A DNA stretch of 55,476 nucleotides from assembly GCA_902762395.1 (NCBI GenBank), contig CACWOA010000001.1, positions 1 through 55,476 of the forward strand. Reading direction: 5' to 3'. This document shows positions 18,418-24,739 of the stretch, in pieces (the stretch's first letter is position 1; each line of letters starts with the position of its first letter). Position numbers and translations under genes: made by a program. Under the pieces are notes generated by a model. It had not been told where the DNA came from, made no database searches, and saw only the letters and a list, made by a program, of their open reading frames with translations. This DNA is from an uncultured Ruminococcus sp. (GTDB lineage: Bacteria; Bacillota; Clostridia; Oscillospirales; Acutalibacteraceae).

Positions 18418-20354
18418 GTCACACAAATCCCACTTTATTTGACAGAGAGCATTCCCATCGCGATGAGGAACAAGTGACGTTCCGTTTGGTGATGCGCGAG
18501 GATCCGGTGTCGGACGAACTGAAGGCCGCTACCATAGCCGGAATGAAGCAGCGGCTGAAAGCGAAGAAACAGCGCGAGGCAAGGCGCAAAATGATTACCA
18601 GGCGGGTCGTCGCCGCAGCCGCCGTCGTGCTGGTACTGCTCTGTATCACACCGCTGGGCGGATATGTCACGAGCGCCGCCGAGAGCTTCTTTTCGTCGGT
18701 TTCGGAGTGGATGAACAGCGTATTTAAAATAAGCCGTTCCCGCGTTGACGCCGACCAGGAAGAAAGATTCAAAATAGATATCACCGAAGCCATGCTGGTC
18801 AATGATTCGCTCTGTATATCGCTCAAGACCAATAACGACCTGCTGCAGCTCAGCGCGGAGGGCAGAATTTACGACGAAGAGGGACACAGTGTTCCGCTTT
18901 ATGCCACCCCCCGCAAGGCAGGCGTTATAGGAGGATTACTCGACGATAACGGCGGTAATAACGGATGGAGAATGTACGCGCCGGATCTATACGATGTGAT
19001 CAAATCGCCCGACGGCAGCTATCGCTGTTCCCTGACCGTAACCGCCCGACTCGAAACGGACGACGCCTGTTTTTCGGATCGCACCGAGAAAAAAAGCTTT
19101 GATTTTCCGCTGGAAAACGTGGATAATCTGTTCAAAGCCAAGCGCTATAAAATAGGGAAGAAAATAAAAAACAACGGCGTCATATTCAACTTTACCGAAC
19201 TGCTTGTTTCAGAAAACTCTCAGACTGTCATGGGAACCGTTACCTGTGAAGACGGTCATTCTTTCCATGCGCATGACTGGTTCGCAGCAGAATTGACTAT
19301 GCCGGATGTGACAGACAGGAAATACGGTCAGGAGGATGTCTTCAGCGGCAATTTTTCCCTTTCAGACGCCTACAGGATAAGTAAGACAAAATATGTGATA
19401 ATGTGTGAGTTTGCTTCCAATTATCAATATTATGAGAATAATACCGACTACTACCATTTCCATGAATTTGAAAAACCGCCGTACAAAATTATCATACATT
19501 CGGTGACATACAATAAGGTGACAGAGAAACAGGCATACTCCGAAGCAAAGCCGATCGAGTATGGAAAGCTTCCCGAAATATACCTGCCGATAGCGTACAA
19601 TCAGCGCGGAGAGATCGAAACAACATATCAAAATATCTCATTCCCTGTTACCGATAACATTAGCATCAGGCTCAACGGCATAGAGAAAAACCGCACCGGA
19701 CGGTACGGATATGAATTCGCGGACAAAAAGCCGGACTATAAACTCAGCTTTACCGTCGATCAGGGAGAAATGATGTCGGTGATGTCGGATCAATACGGAA
19801 AACACATAGATGTCATGGACGGAATCAATGCCACCACCCAATCGGGAATGTTTCCGGTCGTGTTTTCCGCGATGAGCAAGGGACGCGAGGTGTTTCGTAT
19901 GCGGTGCAAAATGGATTTTGGCGATTATAATGATATCACTCTGAGGGAGGACGGTCATTATGTACACAATGGCATTATCTGGCTTGAAAGACCTTACGAG
20001 GAATATCTGATGACGAATGAATTCGGTGAGACGCCTGGGGTGTTCAACATCATCGCGGATAACATGAATGCGTTAAAAAATGCTTCCGGAGAGTATCCCT
20101 CACTGGGCGCTGTCTTTAAGAAGTTTGATATTGATACGCTCAGACTTGTTTCCGTAGGTCTGTATATCAATTATTATGAAGACACGGAGCATGCCGTCGT
20201 AGATGAATGGGCTAAAACTATCACGCTGGCGGATCCTGCCTATTACAACTTCTCCAGACTGCCTGAGCAGACAGGCGGCAGCTATACAAGTGCCGAGCAG
20301 GAAAGAAAGACTGTCAAGGTCAATCTGACCGTTACCGCAACGGAGCAGCCATAG
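18414..20354 (+). CDS. Putative anti-sigma factor: single-pass membrane protein with a large ectodomain of unknown fold
   Basis: An ATGA overlap joins it to the sigma gene stop, and the RBS is AAGGAGG. It has about 60 cytoplasmic residues, a TM helix (VVAAAAVVLVLLCITPLGG) and about 560 aa outside. The layout resembles DUF4179-type anti-sigma factors, but the domain was not verified. Confidence 0.6.
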   Translation: MSHTNPTLFDREHSHRDEEQVTFRLVMREDPVSDELKAATIAGMKQRLKAKKQREARRKMITRRVVAAAAVVLVLLCITPLGGYVTSAAESFFSSVSEWMNSVFKISRSRVDADQEERFKIDITEAMLVNDSLCISLKTNNDLLQLSAEGRIYDEEGHSVPLYATPRKAGVIGGLLDDNGGNNGWRMYAPDLYDVIKSPDGSYRCSLTVTARLETDDACFSDRTEKKSFDFPLENVDNLFKAKRYKIGKKIKNNGVIFNFTELLVSENSQTVMGTVTCEDGHSFHAHDWFAAELTMPDVTDRKYGQEDVFSGNFSLSDAYRISKTKYVIMCEFASNYQYYENNTDYYHFHEFEKPPYKIIIHSVTYNKVTEKQAYSEAKPIEYGKLPEIYLPIAYNQRGEIETTYQNISFPVTDNISIRLNGIEKNRTGRYGYEFADKKPDYKLSFTVDQGEMMSVMSDQYGKHIDVMDGINATTQSGMFPVVFSAMSKGREVFRMRCKMDFGDYNDITLREDGHYVHNGIIWLERPYEEYLMTNEFGETPGVFNIIADNMNALKNASGEYPSLGAVFKKFDIDTLRLVSVGLYINYYEDTEHAVVDEWAKTITLADPAYYNFSRLPEQTGGSYTSAEQERKTVKVNLTVTATEQP

Positions 20355-20371
20355 AAAGGACGGTGTTGGAT

Positions 20372-21559
20372 ATGGCAGGCAAAAAAATAACAATCCGTAA
20401 GATATTACCGCTTAAGCCCGATAAGACGATGGTAAGGAAAATGTGGCAAAGCCGCAGCGCGCGTGTTTCGGTATTCTTTCTGCTGGTTTCTCTGCTGACC
20501 GTCACCGTACTGCTGCTGCTTCCTCCCGTGCAGAACAAGCTCAGGGAATTGACGCACTATCGCTCCATGAGCGGTCCCGTAATTGCCGACGTCCCGTCAG
20601 AGCAATATGACAAATGGGAACAAGGCAGAGGAGACTGTCCGGAAACCAGAATGATGATCGGCAGCTTCGACGACACCACAAAAATGGGCAGCCTTACCTT
20701 CGGCTTTGAAAGGCTGTATGTCGTGAAGGAAATAAATGAAAGCTACGAATCCGATGTGGTCGCCGAGGTAAAATGCACCCACCTCGAAGGAAAGGACGGC
20801 TTCGGTCAATACATTCCCAATCACAAGCTGCAATTTATGATCGTCGCCCAAAAAGACGGATTGCCCTTAATGAACATATACTTTAGTTACGATTCATACG
20901 ACCAAGACGGCTGTTTTTTCTATAATGCCGCTCGCTATGATGAGGATGAATACCGATATGAAAGTATTCACGAAACATTCCCGTGGACAACCAACGGCGT
21001 ATATGTTCATTTTGTTCCGTGCGGGGTTGAACTGCGGGATGAAGAAATGCTTCTCTCACGCTACGGTCATGAACTGCTGGAAAGATATAACAAACGCGAG
21101 CAGGAAAAGAATATGGCGGACTATACAATCGAAGAGCCTGCGCTGATATCCGGGATTGATTCCGAAAGTCTCCACAAGCTGAATGTTTCCGATCTCATCG
21201 AGGCGATCCGCCCTGACAGGTATGTCATCGCTTATATCGCACTGGGCGTCAGCAATTACAAAAACGTGCAAGCCATCTATAACCCGGACGGCGACACCGT
21301 TTCACCTTCTGACATAGCCGGAAAGAGCTGGATATACAGTAGCCCTGAATATGACGGATATGGCTATGAATATCTCTGCGGCGATTACCGTCCGGGACAG
21401 CTCTACAGCCTTTGCGACCGGAAGTATTACACCCCGCCTGAGAAAACGGAGGTTTCAGAGCCGATGTATCTCATTGTTGACGATAAACTGGAGGCAACGG
21501 AGGCGTATTCCAAAGTGTTTGCCCCGTTTTTGCAGATCAGGGAAAAAACATCCGATTAG
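20372..21559 (+). CDS. Hypothetical single-pass membrane protein
   Basis: It starts 15 nt after the previous stop. The ATG at 20372 has an AAAGGA RBS. It has a TM helix (VSVFFLLVSLLTVTVLLLL) and about 340 aa outside. I recognise no family. Confidence 0.6.
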   Translation: MAGKKITIRKILPLKPDKTMVRKMWQSRSARVSVFFLLVSLLTVTVLLLLPPVQNKLRELTHYRSMSGPVIADVPSEQYDKWEQGRGDCPETRMMIGSFDDTTKMGSLTFGFERLYVVKEINESYESDVVAEVKCTHLEGKDGFGQYIPNHKLQFMIVAQKDGLPLMNIYFSYDSYDQDGCFFYNAARYDEDEYRYESIHETFPWTTNGVYVHFVPCGVELRDEEMLLSRYGHELLERYNKREQEKNMADYTIEEPALISGIDSESLHKLNVSDLIEAIRPDRYVIAYIALGVSNYKNVQAIYNPDGDTVSPSDIAGKSWIYSSPEYDGYGYEYLCGDYRPGQLYSLCDRKYYTPPEKTEVSEPMYLIVDDKLEATEAYSKVFAPFLQIREKTSD

Positions 21560-21576
21560 CCGGTTGTCCGGATGAC

Positions 21577-21708
21577 GCCGAGCGCACCAAGCGCAGCGTC
21601 GCCGCCGACGCCGCCCAGTGCGTCGCTCTCGGCACGGGCGAAGCCATCCGCTTTATCGACACGCGGGACAGGTCGGAAAAAGACACCTCGCCCCTCGATG
21701 TGGTTTAA
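21577..21708 (+). pseudogene. Orphan mreB 3' fragment (direct repeat copy 2)
   Basis: In frame it reads AERTKRSVAADAAQCVALGTGEAIRFIDTRDRSEKDTSPLDVV*, compared with AERTKLSVTVATDAAQCVALGTGEAIRFIDTRDKLAKDTSPLDVF* in the intact gene. It has no start codon and no upstream mreB body. Confidence 0.88.
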
Positions 21709-21711
21709 CGA

Positions 21712-21768
21712 AACGAAAAATATCCCGGTGCATCGCCACACGCACCGGGATATTTTTGTTATTTTTTC
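21712..21768. terminator. Bidirectional rho-independent terminator
   Basis: A perfect 14-bp stem, aaatatcccggtgc / gcaccgggatattt, has an A-run upstream and T-runs downstream. It serves the mreB remnant on the plus strand and the methyltransferase on the minus strand. Confidence 0.85.
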
Positions 21769-22397
21769 ACAGCCACTGTATGATTGGCATATGTTTGCCA
21801 ATCAGGTTCATAGTCATCCACCGCCTGGTTGCCCCACATATCCCAGTCGTCACGATTGCCCCGGGCAAACAATTCCAGCCGCGGCGCAGAAGAACAAGCC
21901 TCTATCAGATCGACAAATTCATCCGGCTTTCTGCTGTGTTCCCGCTTCACTGATCGTATCAGGTTCACCTGTGACCTCCCCGGCTGCAAAGTGCGATTTT
22001 TGTCTCCTTTGACGCCAAAAAGCAAAATCTCTGTCACATTGCGAAAATAAAAGCCAACACCTCGACCATCAGGCTGACCGTCTTTTCTTACCTTTTCCCA
22101 TACCAGATTGGTTTTGTACATAAACCCCCACGCCTTCATCACCGCAAGACCTTCGGGCAAAAGCGCATTGGGCACCCATAAATATAAATGGCATTTTTCT
22201 TCCGCCACCTCTGAAACAGGCAGGGACATAATGCTTTCCAAATCCATCGTGGTATATCGGTTCAGCCGCTTATGCTCCGGCGCAACTTTGCCGGTTCGAT
22301 TCTGAAACTGCCACGGAGGATCCGCATAAATCGTGCGGTATTTTTTCCCATCTGTAAACGCCCTAAAATCGGCAATCGTTTCTTCTAAAGTTGTCAT
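21759..22397 (-). CDS. MT-A70-family DNA methyltransferase (DPPW motif; probably N6-adenine)
   Basis: It contains IYADPPWQF, then HLYLWVPN and a C-terminal SRKPDEF, the pattern of MT-A70-type enzymes. The ATG at 22397 lies 1 nt after the endonuclease stop and has a GAGGA RBS. The track start at 22412 is TTG. Confidence 0.83.
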   Translation of the reverse strand: MTTLEETIADFRAFTDGKKYRTIYADPPWQFQNRTGKVAPEHKRLNRYTTMDLESIMSLPVSEVAEEKCHLYLWVPNALLPEGLAVMKAWGFMYKTNLVWEKVRKDGQPDGRGVGFYFRNVTEILLFGVKGDKNRTLQPGRSQVNLIRSVKREHSRKPDEFVDLIEACSSAPRLELFARGNRDDWDMWGNQAVDDYEPDWQTYANHTVAVKK

Positions 22398-22398
22398 T

Positions 22399-23073
22399 TC
22401 AGCAGTCCTCAATACAAGATTTCTTTATTCCGACAGCCAATATCGGACAGCCGCCGTTTCTGCGCGAATCCAAACGGTCGATGAGTTTTCCCATCCAGGT
22501 AGTAGAAGCGCCGTATTTCTTCAAAATACCGATATGGCGGAATATATCGTTCAATTCTTCTGATCGGGTTACAATAATGCCCACATCAATGATGCCACAG
22601 TCAAAATAAGTCCGCATCGCCAATAAATCACGGTCAAACGTCTGATCCTTGCTGTTCCATTCCAAGTCAAACGCCACTTTGTTCTTTAAAAAATCAATAT
22701 TGTGACCGTCAATATAGCCGGTAATCATTTTTTCTTCAAAAGGCTGATCGGAAAATCTTCCTCTCCGCTGTGCGACCTGGCGGGGGTACATCTTCACCAG
22801 CAAATCCCCGGTGATTCTGATTTCCCGCCAACCGAGCGGATACAATACGCTGTCAAATTTTTTGGGAATCGGACTTTCGTTGCCGCCTGCCATTTTCAGG
22901 TCATCAACGGAAATCACCAATTGGTTGAGACACATCTGAATCTCTTCCCACTCTTGCGGGAAAGCATCACTCAATATTTCTAAAGCGTGACCGTAATTAT
23001 AAAACTCATATTTTCTGCTTAATTCATCAGAAATTGGCACCAAATTTCCTTCACCTGCCGCCGTTTGATTCAA
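22399..23073 (-). CDS. BglII/BamHI-fold type II restriction endonuclease
   Basis: The N-terminal YNYGHALEIL..W.EI resembles BglII YNHADEIL..WKEI. The segment IDFLKNKVAFDLEW aligns with the BglII catalytic segment IDFGKRDTLVEVQF. The start is uncertain: TTG at 23073, or GTG at 23040 which follows GAAGGA. Confidence 0.7.
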   Translation of the reverse strand: MNQTAAGEGNLVPISDELSRKYEFYNYGHALEILSDAFPQEWEEIQMCLNQLVISVDDLKMAGGNESPIPKKFDSVLYPLGWREIRITGDLLVKMYPRQVAQRRGRFSDQPFEEKMITGYIDGHNIDFLKNKVAFDLEWNSKDQTFDRDLLAMRTYFDCGIIDVGIIVTRSEELNDIFRHIGILKKYGASTTWMGKLIDRLDSRRNGGCPILAVGIKKSCIEDC

Positions 23074-23113
23074 AAAACACCGTAAAAACGTCTTTTTACA
23101 GTCTTACTGTTTG

Positions 23114-23142
23114 ATTATAGCAAAAAGCCGAACCCTTGTCAA
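23114..23142 (-). promoter_or_regulatory. Consensus sigma-A promoter of the R-M operon
   Basis: On the minus strand it reads TTGACA, a 17-nt spacer, then TATAAT. Confidence 0.7.
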
Positions 23143-23164
23143 TTTCAAATTGCGTCATTGACAA
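23136..23164. repeat. Inverted repeat overlapping the R-M -35 box
   Basis: The arms are ttgtcaat and attgacaa, separated by 13 nt. It could be an operator or the weak terminator of the upstream SdpI-like gene. Confidence 0.5.
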
Positions 23165-23207
23165 AGTAAAAACATCTCACCCGTGCCAATATGTTAAACG
23201 AAGGCTG

Positions 23208-23915
23208 TTACGGATTTTCCCCGCTCCGGATTTCCGCCCGATACACGCGGCGGGCATACACCAGCATGATCGCCGTCGCCGCCATAAGATAGCCCAGCAT
23301 CAGAAATACCGTAAGAAGCACATCCGCCAGCAGCGCGGTCACCATCGTCGCCACACCTGTGAGCATCATCACAATGCCGCCGAACCGATTGCATTTGCGC
23401 CATGTGGCGTCGTTGTACATGCTCCACGACACCCGCATGCCCACCGTGCTGTTCTTTCTGGTTTTGGGCATATAATTGCCCAGCACGATATACAAAGCGC
23501 CTGTCAGCACAAACGTGGCTCTGGAAATATTCTCCGCCTGCGCCGACCCGTCCGAAGCCGCCCCACGGTAAGCCGCATACAGAATCATGCCCTGCATGGC
23601 GGTAAAAAACACCGTCACCGCCGCGCCGACAATCCACATCACCTTGGCATTGGACGCCGCCTGCACGCTCTCCTTGTCCTCCGCATTCTCTTTGGACTTC
23701 CTTTCATAATAGGAAGCCAGCGCCGCGAAAAACAGCGCCATGCCGACCGTCATCACCGGCAAAAGAAGGTTTTCGTATCTGCTGCCCCAGCGGTCGATTT
23801 CCCACGCCGCGTTGTAGTGCATCGGCACGCGGTCGGGCATCATCGGCAGCACCGCCGCCGTACCGACCAGCGACACAAACGCCGTGATCCACATGATTCT
23901 TTTGGCTGCTTTCAT
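23208..23915 (-). CDS. SdpI/YhfL-family membrane protein (DUF1648 + SdpI domains)
   Basis: The DUF1648 pattern is PDRVPMHYNAAWEIDRWGS. The SdpI pattern is GNYMPKTRKNSTVGMRVSWSMYNDATWRKCNRFGG. The ATG at 23915 forms an ATGA overlap with the upstream regulator stop. Confidence 0.8.
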   Translation of the reverse strand: MKAAKRIMWITAFVSLVGTAAVLPMMPDRVPMHYNAAWEIDRWGSRYENLLLPVMTVGMALFFAALASYYERKSKENAEDKESVQAASNAKVMWIVGAAVTVFFTAMQGMILYAAYRGAASDGSAQAENISRATFVLTGALYIVLGNYMPKTRKNSTVGMRVSWSMYNDATWRKCNRFGGIVMMLTGVATMVTALLADVLLTVFLMLGYLMAATAIMLVYARRVYRAEIRSGENP

Positions 23916-24181
23916 TGTCCCGTTCCCCCAAACTGCTCCACCCACAGAATCAGCTCCTGCAAGACAGAGGTGTTGATTTCATAATAGACAAAATTTCCCT
24001 GCCTGTATTCCATCACCAGATCGGCGCTTTTGAGAAGCCGGAGGTGATAGGACAGCGCGGCGGGTGTGATCTGTAGTGCTTCCGCGATTTCTCCCGCGCT
24101 CATGCGTCCATTCCTCAGCATGACCAGAATCTCGCGGCGCTGCCTGTCGGACAGCACCTTGAAAAGATTGGATTCCCCCAC
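23912..24181 (-). CDS. ArsR/SdpR-family winged-helix repressor
   Basis: LFKVLSDRQRREILVMLRNGRMSAGEIAEALQITPAALSYHLRLLKSADLV closely resembles the B. subtilis SdpR pattern. The start is GTG, 7 nt after AGGTGG. Confidence 0.85.
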   Translation of the reverse strand: MGESNLFKVLSDRQRREILVMLRNGRMSAGEIAEALQITPAALSYHLRLLKSADLVMEYRQGNFVYYEINTSVLQELILWVEQFGGTGQ

Positions 24182-24204
24182 TTACTGCCACCTGCCATGA
24201 AGAG

Positions 24205-24226
24205 TATTTAAAATATTCTTTAAATA
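24205..24226. promoter_or_regulatory. Palindromic operator candidate O1
   Basis: The arms are tatttaaa and tttaaata, separated by 6 nt. It lies immediately downstream of the -10 box of the sdpR-like promoter. Confidence 0.55.
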
Positions 24227-24227
24227 G

Positions 24228-24256
24228 ATTCTACCAAAAAGTGTGTTCCCTGTCAA
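24228..24256 (-). promoter_or_regulatory. Sigma-A promoter of the sdpR/sdpI-like operon
   Basis: On the minus strand it reads TTGACA, a 17-nt spacer, then TAGAAT, with a TG at the extended -10 position. Confidence 0.65.
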
Positions 24257-24286
24257 GGGGTATTTAAAATTATTTTTAAATACCCC
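24257..24286. promoter_or_regulatory. Palindromic operator candidate O2
   Basis: A perfect 13-bp inverted repeat, ggggtatttaaaa and ttttaaatacccc, is separated by ttat. It abuts the -35 box and shares the TATTTAAA half-site with O1. Confidence 0.55.
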
Positions 24287-24334
24287 ATTGCCGCTCCAGA
24301 AAAAACGGAAAATATTCTTTTTTCCATAATCCTC

Positions 24335-24363
24335 TTGACCTCGGATAAAATATGGTGTAAAAT
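24335..24363 (+). promoter_or_regulatory. Sigma-A promoter of the proS leader
   Basis: TTGACC, a 17-nt spacer, then TAAAAT. Confidence 0.55.
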
Positions 24364-24369
24364 AAATCC

Positions 24370-24700
24370 GTAATAGAAACCAACAGCCATGACGGGAACC
24401 ATTTCCTTTTCCCATCCGACCCCAGAGAGAAGCCGCGCGGTGAAAGGCTTCGTCGGAATAAAGTGAACCCCATTCCCAGAGCTTCGGTGAGAACGTCTGC
24501 CGCGCCAATCGGCGGGACGGTAATTTCCGACGACTTCCCCGCGTTATGGGGGTAACGAGAGCATCGCGGACGTATATTTCAGAAAAATACGCCGGATGAA
24601 TTCGGGTGGTAACACGGATTTTTTAGGCTTAGAATCCGCCCCGATCCGCTTGGGTATTTTTCAGATATACCAAGGCGTTTCGGGGCGGTTTTATTTTTAT
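24370..24700 (+). promoter_or_regulatory. T-box riboswitch leader (tRNA-Pro inferred)
   Basis: The stem-I elements are AGAGAG and GGTGAAAG. The T-box sequence AATTCGGGTGGTAACACGG lies at about 24597-24616. The terminator arms are aatccgccccga (24633-24644) and tcggggcggtt (24680-24690), followed by a T-run. CCC triplets occur in the expected specifier region, but I did not fix the exact specifier. Confidence 0.8.
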
Positions 24701-24739
24701 CATCTTATTACTTTTCTATTTGCAGGAGGAACGATTCCA

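Larger units (their letters stand above)
17684..21576. mobile_element. Putative integrated island, with no recombinase seen, bounded by the mreB-3' direct repeats
   Basis: This segment lies between the two repeat copies. It is visibly more AT-rich than the flanks (not computed). Its three co-oriented genes are unrelated to mreB function. Confidence 0.5.

Noticed and set aside
21572-22012. A 146-aa plus-strand ORF that starts over the mreB remnant and runs antisense into the methyltransferase gene.
   Set aside because: It is out of frame with the mreB-like reading, which is the frame conserved with the intact gene. It crosses a strong terminator hairpin and overlaps the well-supported MT-A70 gene in antisense. 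Its sequence is Pro/Ser/Ala-rich.
22284-22300. A GGTTCGATTC string resembling a tRNA T-loop.
   Set aside because: It lies inside the methyltransferase coding sequence (antisense of NRTGKV). No acceptor or anticodon stems can be drawn around it.
24182-24508. ORFs of 108 aa and 65 aa on the minus strand between the sdpR-like gene and proS.
   Set aside because: The region is better explained by the sdpR-like promoter and operators and by the proS promoter plus T-box stem I. Neither ORF has an RBS or a recognisable motif.
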